This document shows, piece after piece, positions 1 to 9,871 of a stretch of 64,000 bases of DNA. This DNA comes from an uncultured delta proteobacterium (GTDB lineage Bacteria; Myxococcota_A; Polyangia; Polyangiales; Polyangiaceae): the NCBI GenBank assembly GCA_963806225.1, contig CAWDXG010000004.1:5623250-5687249 (forward strand). Direction: 5' to 3'. A program made the position numbers and the translations under genes. Position 1 is the stretch's first letter. The number at the start of each line of letters is the position of its first letter. The notes below the pieces were generated by a model that worked only from the letters and a program-made list of their open reading frames with translations, searched no databases and was not told the origin of the DNA.

Positions 1-771
1 GGCGCGCCTGGGTCTGCAACTGCCGCGACTCCCGCGGCCGACGCGGCGGACTCCAACGCCGACCCGGGGCTGGACACGACGGTGTTCCAACTCGGCATCG
101 GAAGCCTGCAGGTAGTTCCGACCGACAACGGCAGGAATCATCCGTTTGTCGACATCCACATGCTCGAATTCCTCTCGGCAATCCGCTACGCCCGGCGCGG
201 CCCGAACAAACTGGTCGGGTTCTGGTTGGACGGGCGGCTGAGCGGGGGATGGGGAACCCAGGGATCAGACGCTCTGATCGGCCTTCCTTCGCACATCGAA
301 GCCCAGGCGGTCATGGCAGACGCGGACGTCGGCGTAGATGCTCACCCCATCCCGCAATTCCGGGAGGTGGGGATTGGCCCTCTGGTTGGCCTCGATATGC
401 ATTTCATGCGCGCGAAGTTCGTGAGTGATGGCGACATTCCCGTCGACGATTCAGGTGAGAGCCTGGAGGTCTATCCCAACCTTGTCTTCGGCGCGCACCT
501 GCACTTCGTCTGGGGACACACCGAAGTTCCGCGGGTGTACGCCGACTCGACGTTCTCGTGGCACAAGGGAAAGGACGAGACGGGCCAGTACCTCACGCTC
601 GAAGCCGGAGGTCGCCTTGGGTCATCGGTGATCCTATGGGGCCGGTTGGACAAGCGCGTCGGGGCGTCGGGGACTGTCAGCGACAGCGACGGAACAACCA
701 ACTCGAACTTCGTGGCCGCGGCCATGCCGGTCGCTGCAAGCTACATGCTCGGCATCGGCTTCGAGCTCTGA
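1..771 (+). CDS. 5'-partial hypothetical protein, probable outer-membrane beta-barrel
   Basis: Frame is open from base 1. Alternating aromatic/polar strand-like segments; C-terminus ...MLGIGFEL. Confidence 0.55.
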   Translation, partial: GAPGSATAATPAADAADSNADPGLDTTVFQLGIGSLQVVPTDNGRNHPFVDIHMLEFLSAIRYARRGPNKLVGFWLDGRLSGGWGTQGSDALIGLPSHIEAQAVMADADVGVDAHPIPQFREVGIGPLVGLDMHFMRAKFVSDGDIPVDDSGESLEVYPNLVFGAHLHFVWGHTEVPRVYADSTFSWHKGKDETGQYLTLEAGGRLGSSVILWGRLDKRVGASGTVSDSDGTTNSNFVAAAMPVAASYMLGIGFEL

Positions 772-781
772 GGTGTGCGTC

Positions 782-3382
782 ATGAAGGCGATCCCGGCAC
801 TTTCTACGACAACCCAACGCCTCCTCCTGGGGACCACCTTGTGCCTGTCGGTTCTGGTGCTTGCCGGATGCGCGCGGCACGGAGCGGGATTGCCTCCGAA
901 TCTGCCCGCTCCTCTGCTGCCGCACCATCAGCTGGTCATCTATGCGCCGCACGGTTGGCAGTGTCCCGTGGTTGGCGCCGCTTCCGAGGGCGATCTCGAG
1001 GACGGCGAGGGCAAGCCCCTCGACGGCTACGACCAGCCCACCACCGTCATGGTGAAGGACACCGAAGAGCACGGAACGTGGCTGGCGCTGGAGGTGCAGA
1101 GCCCGGGCCAGAAAGCCCGATGGTTGCGCGTCCCGCACAGCACGGCCGTCCCCTGTCTACTTGCCGATGCCGACGCGCTCCAGCGAGCCCTGGACCAGAT
1201 CGGGAAGCGTCTGGTCTTCACGCCGTGGAAGCCAGCGTGCCATGAGTTGCACATAGCTGGCCAGGCGCTGGACGCTCTATTCATCGAGAACAGTCCGGGC
1301 GTGCTGCCGAAAGTCACGGCGCTAGCACTCGGACCCGAGTCGGCAACCGAGCGCGCCGCGAACAAGTCGGGTACTGCGTTATGGCTCGACATCAAGAAGT
1401 CCGGGCTGGCCGTGCGTGCGGACGTCGCCGAGAAGTGCTTCAGCCGCGAGGGCGATGCACAAGCCGAGCCGCCCGAACGCCTCACGAAGAGATTGCGCAT
1501 ACCGCCCGGGCTATGTCGCTCCGAGACTGCCCGGGGCCGGCGCTACTTCGAGTGTCAGACATCGCTCGGTGTGTGGACTGGCGCCGTTTCGCCGACGGCG
1601 CTGGACCTGCGCCTGGTGCATCGCACGTTGGGAGACGTTCACTTCGCTGGCGCCTACCCGGTCTCTGGTGGGGCGTTCGCTCACGTCGTTGTGTCGGTCA
1701 CGGAAGCGCGCACGCGCGACCGGCGGGAACAGCGCATCTACGCCATCACAGGTAGGGCGATTCGGCGAGCCCTTGTGCGCGCGGCCGGCGACTCCGTTCG
1801 CGTCGCTCCCGCGTCCGAGGCGGACGTGAACTACCGGGTGCGCCTGGCGGTAGCCAACGTCCGGATCGGGGAGCTACAAACCGGTCAAGCCAACGGAACG
1901 AGTCAGTACAAGGTGCGGGACGAGCAGGTACCGAATCCCCAGAAGGCGCAGGCCCGGGCAGCGTGGCAGCAGGCGCAGCAACAGGTGCCGCAGGCCCAGA
2001 GCACGTACCAGGCAAGGCAGGCGGCGCTGCGGCAGGCACAACAGAACTACCAGAACGATCAAAGGCAATACCAGCAGAACAAGCAAGCTCAGCAGAGGCT
2101 AGTGAGCGACTGCCGAAACCAGGCCAATAGCATCCAGGATGCAAATCAGCGGCAGATAGCACTGCTTGCGTGCAACGGCGGCGACGCCGCGGCATCCATC
2201 GCAATGAGCGGACCCAATCATGACGCAATCGACCAGGCACAGCAGGCAGTGGACCAGGCGCAGGACGCCATCACGAACGCCCAGCAGGCCGCCGATCAAG
2301 CGCAGCAGACCTGGCAGAACACTCCCGACACCATTACCCGGCCGGTCATGGCGAATTGGACCTATCGCAAGACCGTCTTCAGCCGGTCGGCGTCTGCGAC
2401 GCTCCAGCTCGTTCTCGGCGAGCGCGGCGTTGCGAACGACCGCACCGACTCGCAGACCGTGCGCGTCGAGTGGCAGGACTACCAGGTGCAGGCTGATCCC
2501 GCGCACAACGTCGTCGGCCACTTGCCGCAACGAAAACCCATGACCGATGCGGATGCGCTTCTGCCGCTTCTCGCCAATCGAGTCGGCGATGTCCTGGCGG
2601 CGAAGCTGAAAGCGGCGATTGCCACCGCGACCATGAGCGAGGCGAAGCGGGCGTTCCGCCAAGCAGGGAACCACACGGATCGTCCGGGCTTCGAAGTAGT
2701 CGACGCCCTGGCTTTCCGGATCGCTGGGCGCCGGCTTGAGAAGGCAGTCCTGCAAGGGACCGCCACGCTGGGAGGCAGCGGGGCCTACACGCTGCCACTG
2801 GCGGACGTCCAGCCGGGACAGTGCCTGCTCGGCGTGGCAGCTATCGCGCAGAACGCGAAGCCCGCACATCTCGCGCTGGGCACCTCGGACGGCGCGTACG
2901 CCGACCTCAGGCAGAGGCGGACGACCTGGGTCGAGATCTGTGGCGGCGGGCCGACGTCGACGGACGCGCCCGGCGCCCTGCTGCTGAGGAGTGACCAGCC
3001 CACGTCGGTCCGCTGGGGCTTGTACCGCACGTCCGACTCGTTCCCCGGCCAGGCCCAGTCCGCGCCTACTACTCCACCGAGTCGAGCGCCGCTGCCACCG
3101 AAGCGACCTGCCCGCTCGCCGGCGAAGGCGCCCGAGCGATTCCAGCCTGCGGCGTCCTCGCCCCGGGCCACGGGCTGCACGAAGGACGCGGACTGCAAGG
3201 GCGCGCGGATCTGCCAACGAGGACATTGCGTCAATCCTCCGCCCAAGCCGGCTACGCCGCCCGCGGCACATCCTCCGGTGTCCACGGCGCCCGCGGCAAA
3301 GGCCAAGCCGGTCGCCAAACCGCGAAAGAGCGTGCCTCCCCCCGCAACCGTACCCGGAGATGAGTTTGGAGGGCGACAATGA
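782..3382 (+). CDS. Large lipoprotein with Gln-rich coiled coil, Pro-rich tail and small Cys module
   Basis: Lipobox LAGC; Q/A-rich stretch ~1950-2320; CTKDADCKGARICQRGHC near the C-terminus. ATG 782 chosen as start. Confidence 0.7.
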   Translation: MKAIPALSTTTQRLLLGTTLCLSVLVLAGCARHGAGLPPNLPAPLLPHHQLVIYAPHGWQCPVVGAASEGDLEDGEGKPLDGYDQPTTVMVKDTEEHGTWLALEVQSPGQKARWLRVPHSTAVPCLLADADALQRALDQIGKRLVFTPWKPACHELHIAGQALDALFIENSPGVLPKVTALALGPESATERAANKSGTALWLDIKKSGLAVRADVAEKCFSREGDAQAEPPERLTKRLRIPPGLCRSETARGRRYFECQTSLGVWTGAVSPTALDLRLVHRTLGDVHFAGAYPVSGGAFAHVVVSVTEARTRDRREQRIYAITGRAIRRALVRAAGDSVRVAPASEADVNYRVRLAVANVRIGELQTGQANGTSQYKVRDEQVPNPQKAQARAAWQQAQQQVPQAQSTYQARQAALRQAQQNYQNDQRQYQQNKQAQQRLVSDCRNQANSIQDANQRQIALLACNGGDAAASIAMSGPNHDAIDQAQQAVDQAQDAITNAQQAADQAQQTWQNTPDTITRPVMANWTYRKTVFSRSASATLQLVLGERGVANDRTDSQTVRVEWQDYQVQADPAHNVVGHLPQRKPMTDADALLPLLANRVGDVLAAKLKAAIATATMSEAKRAFRQAGNHTDRPGFEVVDALAFRIAGRRLEKAVLQGTATLGGSGAYTLPLADVQPGQCLLGVAAIAQNAKPAHLALGTSDGAYADLRQRRTTWVEICGGGPTSTDAPGALLLRSDQPTSVRWGLYRTSDSFPGQAQSAPTTPPSRAPLPPKRPARSPAKAPERFQPAASSPRATGCTKDADCKGARICQRGHCVNPPPKPATPPAAHPPVSTAPAAKAKPVAKPRKSVPPPATVPGDEFGGRQ

Positions 3383-3459
3383 GCTGCTCCCACCTGGGGC
3401 GTCGCTGCCCGTTCTGCGGCTCGCAGCCAGCTAGCCCGGATTCCTCGTGGAGTGTCAGG

Positions 3460-4791
3460 ATGAACCGGTTGCGTGGACGGGGAATCCGCCACGCGTCGAC
3501 GTTCGTAGCGTTGCTCGCACTCGCGGGCTGCAACGCGATACTTGGTGTGTCGGACGGGACGCCGCGGAAGAGCAACGCCAGCGGAGGCAGCGCCGGTGCG
3601 AGCGGTGGCGGAACGAGCGGGATGGCTGGCGCGGCTGGCATTGGAGGCGGGCTCGGGATCGGTTCGGGCGGCACTACCGGTGCCGACGGGGGCAACACGG
3701 ACGGCGGCCCGGGAGGCGCAGGCGGCGCTCCGACATGCGGCCCGACGGCGCACGTGTCCGAAATCGGCTCGCTGCTTCAAGCGCGTTGGGACCATCTGGC
3801 CGCGCGGTTGCCGGACGGTCGAATCTTGATTGTGGGGGGGCAGCCGGTGGCCAGCGGACAGCGAACCGCCAGCTCGGAGCTCGTCGACCCGGGGACAGGT
3901 CAGGCTGCGCCATCGGGCAACCTGGCCACGGCCCGATGCCGGGCAACGATCGACGTGACCGCCAAGGGATCGCTGTTGGTCGTCGGTGGGGACGGGCCCA
4001 ACAGCGGATACCTGAGCAGCACGGAACAATACGACCTGTCGACGGCGCAGTGGTCAGCGGGCCCGGTCTTGGCGCAAAATCGCGGCTACCACGCCCACGC
4101 CAGGTTGTCGGACGGACGAATCATGGTGGCGGGTGGGATTGCGGACAACACGCACGTGATCGCGTCCGCCGAGCTGTTGACCGGAGGCGCATGGCTCACG
4201 GTATCGCCGCTCCTGCACCCGCGCTCGTATTTCCGCATGACCACGCTCGATGACGGTCGCGTGCTCGCTACCGGCGGCTACGACGGGAGCGACTGGTGGG
4301 TTCAGACTGCGCCGACCGTGTTGTCGAGCGCCGAGCTGTTCGATCCCGCAACGTCCCAGTGGACTGCTGCTTCCCCCATGACGGCCCCTCGTCGCGAGCA
4401 CACGGCCACGCTGCTGCAAGACGGGACGGTGCTGATCGCTGGAGGCGTCAACCAGAGCGGTGCGCTGAAGAGTGCGGAGCGCTTCGATCCCAAGACCGCT
4501 ACGTTCACTCCCGTCGGATCGATGCATGACGCACATGCTTACGGTACCGCGACGCTTCTGCCAGATGGTCACGTGCTCGTTGCCGGTGGTCTTGGCACGG
4601 GCCTTGCGGCAGTCGCAACGACGGACATTTTCGACCCCGCGACCAACACATTCCAGGCCGGTCCAGCGCTGGAACACGCCCGGTGGGGACACACGGCCAC
4701 GCTCGCGGACGGGTGCTCGGTTCTCATCGTGGGGGGGATGTCGGGAAACAACGTCCTCGCAAGCATCGAGCGGGTGAGCTTCGGTCCGTGA
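3460..4791 (+). CDS. Kelch-repeat (beta-propeller) lipoprotein
   Basis: Lipobox LAGC, Gly-rich linker, six repeats of type R..HTATLL.DG.VL.AGG...SAE.FDP. Confidence 0.85.
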   Translation: MNRLRGRGIRHASTFVALLALAGCNAILGVSDGTPRKSNASGGSAGASGGGTSGMAGAAGIGGGLGIGSGGTTGADGGNTDGGPGGAGGAPTCGPTAHVSEIGSLLQARWDHLAARLPDGRILIVGGQPVASGQRTASSELVDPGTGQAAPSGNLATARCRATIDVTAKGSLLVVGGDGPNSGYLSSTEQYDLSTAQWSAGPVLAQNRGYHAHARLSDGRIMVAGGIADNTHVIASAELLTGGAWLTVSPLLHPRSYFRMTTLDDGRVLATGGYDGSDWWVQTAPTVLSSAELFDPATSQWTAASPMTAPRREHTATLLQDGTVLIAGGVNQSGALKSAERFDPKTATFTPVGSMHDAHAYGTATLLPDGHVLVAGGLGTGLAAVATTDIFDPATNTFQAGPALEHARWGHTATLADGCSVLIVGGMSGNNVLASIERVSFGP

Positions 4792-4837
4792 GGGTACCGG
4801 TACCATGGCGCTGACAACATTCACGAGGAGCACGAGA

Positions 4838-5851
4838 ATGCGCGGGGTGCGTCGACAGGGAATCCGCTTCGGTTCGACAATCGTGGCCTTGGTCACGCTC
4901 CTTGGCTGCAACGCCATACTGGGGATTTCCGAGGGGACGCCGCGGAAGACCGACGGAGGCGCCGACGCCGGCGACTGCACGTCTCCGACCTGCAACTGTT
5001 TCTCCGCCTGTGCCACCTGCACCTGCGAGCATTACCAGGATCCGACGATGTGCTCGTCGGCCTGCGGCAGCGGAGGCAGTGCGGGCTCGCATGGGACCGG
5101 GGGCGCGTACGGCACCGGGGGCTCCGGCGTGGGAGGCTCGTACGGGGCCGGAGGCTACGGGACAGGAGGCTACGGGACAGGTGGCTCGTCTGGCACGGGG
5201 CCCTCCGGAACCGGCGGTGCAGGCTCGGGGGGAGCAAGCTCGTGCCCTGGTGCGCCTGCTGGCAGCCCCTGTTCGCTCGTGGCGCCGCAGTGCGGGTGTG
5301 GGCCGGGGCTAGGCTGCTACGTCAAGGACGACGGCAGTACGTACTGTGCGGCGGCGGGTAGCGTGCAGCCCTATCAGTCCTGCGGCAGCGGCAGTGAATG
5401 CGCGCCGGGTGGCCTGTGCCTCTACCATTCAGGCAAGCCCACCTACTGCGCACCCTATTGCAAGACCGACAGCGACTGCGCCGGCTACGGTGCCTGCCTT
5501 CCTCTCGGGAAAAATCAGGGCACGGGATCGGTTCCAAACGCCGGGTACTGTGCCTCCGGGTGCGACCTCGACAACCCGGCAGCGACGTGTGGAGCGGGTC
5601 TCGGTTGCTACACCTTCCAGACTGCGAGCGGAGGGGTCACCACCGACTGCTATCCGGTTGGGACAGCTACCGGGGCCAACGGATGCGCGAGCAACCAGAG
5701 CGCCTGCGCCCCGGGCTACGTGTGCTTGACCTCCGGCGACTGCCGTCGCTGGTGCCGGGTTGACAAGAACGACTGCCCGAGCGGGACGAGCTGCACGTCT
5801 TTGACCCCGAACGTCGTTGTCAACGGCATCAACTACGGCGTCTGCCTGTAG
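4838..5851 (+). CDS. Cys-rich, Gly-linker lipoprotein
   Basis: Lipobox LLGC, GTGG/YGTGG linker, multiple Cys-rich modules; GAGGAG upstream of ATG 4838. Confidence 0.75.
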   Translation: MRGVRRQGIRFGSTIVALVTLLGCNAILGISEGTPRKTDGGADAGDCTSPTCNCFSACATCTCEHYQDPTMCSSACGSGGSAGSHGTGGAYGTGGSGVGGSYGAGGYGTGGYGTGGSSGTGPSGTGGAGSGGASSCPGAPAGSPCSLVAPQCGCGPGLGCYVKDDGSTYCAAAGSVQPYQSCGSGSECAPGGLCLYHSGKPTYCAPYCKTDSDCAGYGACLPLGKNQGTGSVPNAGYCASGCDLDNPAATCGAGLGCYTFQTASGGVTTDCYPVGTATGANGCASNQSACAPGYVCLTSGDCRRWCRVDKNDCPSGTSCTSLTPNVVVNGINYGVCL

Positions 5852-5942
5852 TAGCGGGTGGCATGCTATCCCAGGGATCTCCGGAGGGCTGCGCGACGCG
5901 GACGGAGCTGGTGGCGCGGCTTGGGCGGGCGGAGTAGCGCCG

Positions 5943-6695
5943 CTACCCGACGAACTCCCGCACCGCGCGCACCGTCCCGTCGAAATCCTCGTACAACAGC
6001 GCGTGCCCCGCGCCGGGCACGATCTGCAGCGTGCCGTGCCGCACGCCTTCCGCGATGGTACGGCTGGCCTCGGCGGGGACGGCGGCGTCGAGCTCGCCGG
6101 CGCGGCAGAGGACGGGCATCGCGAGCTCGCCGAGGCGCGGGCGTTGATCGGCGGCGTCGGCGGCGGCGTCGAGCTCGGCGGCCAGATCCGCTGACGCGAT
6201 GGCGTCGAGCCAGCTCGTGACGCCGGCGACCGCCGCGGGATGCGATGCGGCGAAGTCTGCCGACAGGAACTGGCCGGGCGCGACGGGGTGCAGATCCTGT
6301 CCCGCGCGCAGCGCCTCGGCGAAGCCGTGGAAGGCCGCCTGGTGCTCGGGATCGAGCCCGGCGAGGCCGGCGAGCGAGACGATTCTCCCGACGCGGAGCT
6401 TGCCGCGCAGCGCCAGGCCGATGGCGTGCCACGCGCCGCCGGAGAAGCCGATCAGCGTCGCTTCATGGACGCCGTGTGAGGCGAGCGTCTCCTCGATGAG
6501 CTCGCGGCAGCGCTCCATGCTGTACGGAGCGGGCAGCGGCGGCGACTTGCCGTAGCCGGGCAGGTGCACGACGAAGGTGCGATGCGAGCCGGAAAGCTCG
6601 CGGGCGAGCGGAGCAAGATGGTCAGGCCGGGTCGGCATGCCGTGCAGCAGCACGACGGGCGAGCCCAGATCGCCCTGGATATCAACGTGGAGCAA
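5943..6695 (-). CDS. Alpha/beta fold hydrolase (enol-lactonase/esterase-like)
   Basis: VVLLHG oxyanion motif, GFSGG nucleophile elbow, GELD acid, GAGH His. Confidence 0.85.
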   Translation of the reverse strand: MLHVDIQGDLGSPVVLLHGMPTRPDHLAPLARELSGSHRTFVVHLPGYGKSPPLPAPYSMERCRELIEETLASHGVHEATLIGFSGGAWHAIGLALRGKLRVGRIVSLAGLAGLDPEHQAAFHGFAEALRAGQDLHPVAPGQFLSADFAASHPAAVAGVTSWLDAIASADLAAELDAAADAADQRPRLGELAMPVLCRAGELDAAVPAEASRTIAEGVRHGTLQIVPGAGHALLYEDFDGTVRAVREFVG

Positions 6696-6934
6696 TCAAG
6701 ACACCAAGGGTAGAAACAACGACATCTGAACAGCGTGTTTCTCCGCATTATTCCCGCTCCCCGTTCGATTTCCGTGTCGGCTTCACTCCGCTTGATGTGG
6801 GTCAACTCCGGGGCTGCTGCCCGGAATTTCCCGCTTGTCGATCGACGTCCGGCGCTTGAAGATGACGGATGGCGCTCCTCGCGCGTGAGGGGCGGCCTGG
6901 CTTTCACTGCCTCGAAGGAGGGTGTGCGGAGAGG

Positions 6935-7963
6935 GTGCAGCGGCTGGCTGACAACGTGATCCGTCGGATCGACGAGTCGCTGGGCAATGTGCCTGTCGAC
7001 GGCGGCGCGCTTCCGGAGGAGTGCGTGCGTGAGCTCTCGTCGCTGCTGCGTGCGGAGCGCTTCTGCGCGCTCGGACGGGGGCCGGGGCCAGGCGGCTCTG
7101 TACCCGAGCTAGCGATCTGTCGCGGGTTTCCACCAGGAATCGAAGCAAAGCGGCGCGTACTGGAGGTGCTCGACCGTTGCGCCGAGCTCGGCCCGCCCGC
7201 GTTCGATGTCGCGAACCCGACCGCAGCGGCGGCGCTTCCAGGGCGGGTGGTGCGGCCGCTGGCGGAGTTGTCGCCGGCGTCGCGCGGGCGCGCGCGGGAG
7301 CTTCTGCGCGGGCTGGGCATCGCGGGGTACGACGTGATGCGGGTCGTGGTGTGCGACGGGTCGGCGTTCCTGGCGTGGGTGGGCGTGATGCGCCGGACGG
7401 AGTTCACTGAACAGGAGCTCCTCGCGTTCCAGCAGGTCGTGCCGCAGCTCCGCGCTCACCTGGCGCTCGCGCAGCGGCTGCGCCACGCCGAGCTCTTCGA
7501 AGCCGGGTTCGCCACCGTGCTGGAGGCGCTCGCGGAGCCGGCGTTCCTGCTGCGTCGCGACGGGAGGCTGGTCGCTTCCAACCGGGCTGCGGGCGAGCTC
7601 GGGCTGGCGCCGGCCGAGCTCCGTGAACAGCTCGGTCGCGCGCTGTCGGACCAGGCGGCGGAGTGGAGCGCGCGCCCCGTCGGTTCCGGTCCGGAACCCG
7701 GCGGCTACCTGGTAGTGCGGCGCTGTGGCGGACTATCGAGCCGGGCTATCGCAACCGCGGGGCGGCGCTGGACGCTGACGCGCGCCGAGACGCGCGTGCT
7801 CGAGCGGCTCGCGCAAGGCTGTTCCAACAAGGAAATTGCCCGGGCGCTTTGCTGCTCGGTGCGCACGGTGGAGATCCACGTCTCGGCGATCCTGCGCAAA
7901 GGGAGCTGTGACAACCGGGCGGCGGTCGTGGCGGAGCTGGCGCGGATCGGAGGCAGCGCGTGA
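6935..7963 (+). CDS. LuxR-family HTH regulator with N-terminal sensor (GAF/PAS-like) region
   Basis: C-terminal LTRAETRVL...GCSNKEIARALCCSVRTVEIHVSAIL. Start uncertain (ATG 6869 or GTG 6935). Confidence 0.85.
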   Translation: MQRLADNVIRRIDESLGNVPVDGGALPEECVRELSSLLRAERFCALGRGPGPGGSVPELAICRGFPPGIEAKRRVLEVLDRCAELGPPAFDVANPTAAAALPGRVVRPLAELSPASRGRARELLRGLGIAGYDVMRVVVCDGSAFLAWVGVMRRTEFTEQELLAFQQVVPQLRAHLALAQRLRHAELFEAGFATVLEALAEPAFLLRRDGRLVASNRAAGELGLAPAELREQLGRALSDQAAEWSARPVGSGPEPGGYLVVRRCGGLSSRAIATAGRRWTLTRAETRVLERLAQGCSNKEIARALCCSVRTVEIHVSAILRKGSCDNRAAVVAELARIGGSA

Positions 7964-9021
7964 TGGTGCCCGTCGCCGTCGAGCGCGCGGCCCGGCGCGC
8001 CGGGACGTTGCTCACGCCGCGCGAGCTCGAACAGGTGCACGCCTGCGGGCGCGCGCTCTGCGAAGTCCGCGTCGGCGCGCCGCCGCCGATGGCGGAGCTG
8101 GGCGGCGCGTTGCAGGAGCTGCTTGGGGCGGATGCGTTCGCAAGCTACTCGCCGGAGCGCGCGACCGACGGTTGGGCGATGGCCCAGCTGACCTGGCAGG
8201 GAGCCGGATCGGACTTCGACCATGTCGGAGTCATACAACCTCTGATGAACCGCTTCCCCGAGAACTGGGCGCCTGTCTACGACCCCGATCGCCCCGAGCC
8301 CCGCCAGCGCAACCGCGTCATCCGCCCGATGATCGGCCTCTCGATGGACTTTGTCCTGCAGACTCCGCTCTTCCAGAAGGTCCACGTCCCGACGCGCACG
8401 CAGCACTTCGATCAGCTCCGCGTGCTCGTCTGCGAGGGCCCGGCGTTGCTGGCGTGGGTGGGTGGTTTCCGCGAGGAGCCGTTCACCGCGCGCGAGCAGC
8501 GGCGCCTGACGGCGCTGGTCCCCGCGCTCCACAAACGCCTGCGCATCGAGCGTCGGCTGCGCGACGCCGAGCTGTACCGCGCGGGGCTCGAGGCGGCGCT
8601 GGAGGCGCTGCCGGTGCCGGCGTTCGTCGTGCGGCCGAACGGCGCGGTCGCGCACGCCAACGACAGCGGTCGCGCCATGTACGACGCATCGCTCTCCGCC
8701 GCGCTGGCCGAGGGCAGCGCGGACGGCTACGAAGCGACGCCGATCGTTGTCCGGGGCGAGCCAGCCGCCGCGCTGATCGTCCGCACCGCTGCGCCGCGCG
8801 ATCTCCCGGCGCGTCTTGCCGAAGCGACGACGCACTGGAAGCTCACGCGCCGGCAGAGCGAGGTGCTCGCCCTGGTGGCCCGCGGCGACGCCAACAAGCT
8901 GATCGCCGCCAAGCTCGGCTGCGCGCTGCGCACCGTGGAGGTTCACGTCACCGCGCTGCTCTGCAGGGCCGGCTGCGACAACCGCACGGAGCTCGTGGCG
9001 AGGCTGGCGCGTCTCGCGTGA
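7960..9021 (+). CDS. LuxR-family HTH regulator, paralogue of the upstream gene
   Basis: LTRRQSEVL...ANKLIAAKLGCALRTVEVHV; GTGA overlap with the upstream stop. Confidence 0.85.
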   Translation: MMVPVAVERAARRAGTLLTPRELEQVHACGRALCEVRVGAPPPMAELGGALQELLGADAFASYSPERATDGWAMAQLTWQGAGSDFDHVGVIQPLMNRFPENWAPVYDPDRPEPRQRNRVIRPMIGLSMDFVLQTPLFQKVHVPTRTQHFDQLRVLVCEGPALLAWVGGFREEPFTAREQRRLTALVPALHKRLRIERRLRDAELYRAGLEAALEALPVPAFVVRPNGAVAHANDSGRAMYDASLSAALAEGSADGYEATPIVVRGEPAAALIVRTAAPRDLPARLAEATTHWKLTRRQSEVLALVARGDANKLIAAKLGCALRTVEVHVTALLCRAGCDNRTELVARLARLA

Positions 9022-9098
9022 AAGGGCCGGAAGCCCGCCGACTCTGTCCGCAGCCACCCGCAGCCGCGCGAGCAGCGCCGACCTTCGCAGGCGTCCGC

Positions 9099-9728
9099 CT
9101 AGTCCAGCGCTTCCGGCCGGTACGCGTACCCGACCTTGACGCGCGAGAGTGTGCGCCAGGTGTGCTCCATGCGCAGCAGGGAATCGAGCACGTCGTCGGT
9201 ATTGCGGGCTTCCGCGCGCGCGGCGGCTAGCACGCGTTCGATGGCGGCGCGGGCGTCGGCCGGGTGGAACACCGTTCCGGGCAGCACGGCGCAGCCGTCG
9301 GCGCTCGCCAGCAGCCGCGCCTGGCAGAGCGGCGAGTCCGCGGCGAGCCCGCCGCGCGACAGCTCGCGCGCGACGTCGTCGCGCGGCAGCATGACGAACT
9401 CGGCACGCGACCACAGATCGCGAGCGATGATCGACTCGCCGGATGGCTCGAACACGAAGATGCCGCGATGCGCGCCCGCCAGCGCGAGCACGATGCTGCG
9501 CTCGGCGGCGTCCTCGAAGCCGGCGGCCAGCTCTCCCGCAAGCCCGCCGCGCACCAGCGCGTCCTCCCACCCCGCCGCGTCGCGCGAGCCCGCCGACGGA
9601 TGGTCCGGCTCGTAGCGACCGGAGCGTTCGAAGAACGCCTGCCGGAGCGCCTGCGAGCGGGCGGACAGCGGCGCGCGCGCCGCCCGCTCGACGAGCTCGT
9701 CGTAGACCGCGCTGAGGACGGGCGTCAC
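9099..9728 (-). CDS. Hypothetical protein
   Basis: Protein-like ORF with GC-rich third positions. Start GTG 9728 chosen because the longer ORF runs through the palindrome. Confidence 0.6.
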   Translation of the reverse strand: MTPVLSAVYDELVERAARAPLSARSQALRQAFFERSGRYEPDHPSAGSRDAAGWEDALVRGGLAGELAAGFEDAAERSIVLALAGAHRGIFVFEPSGESIIARDLWSRAEFVMLPRDDVARELSRGGLAADSPLCQARLLASADGCAVLPGTVFHPADARAAIERVLAAARAEARNTDDVLDSLLRMEHTWRTLSRVKVGYAYRPEALD

Positions 9729-9763
9729 GCGCCCAGTCCTACGCGAGTCCGCAACTCCAGGTG

Positions 9764-9801
9764 CGTAGCAAAATGTCACGGCTCTGTGACATTTTGCTAC
9801 G
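9764..9801. promoter_or_regulatory. Perfect 16-bp inverted repeat with 6-bp spacer; putative operator
   Basis: CGTAGCAAAATGTCAC-ggctct-GTGACATTTTGCTACG in a divergent intergenic region. Confidence 0.6.
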
Positions 9802-9871
9802 ATCCGCGAGCCAGTGTCTGTCATCCATCAACAAGCACAATCGGCCGCGCTGGACTACGATCGGCGTCGAG

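Noticed and set aside
4793..4804. GGTACCGGTACC palindrome
   Set aside because: Only 12 bp and without supporting context.
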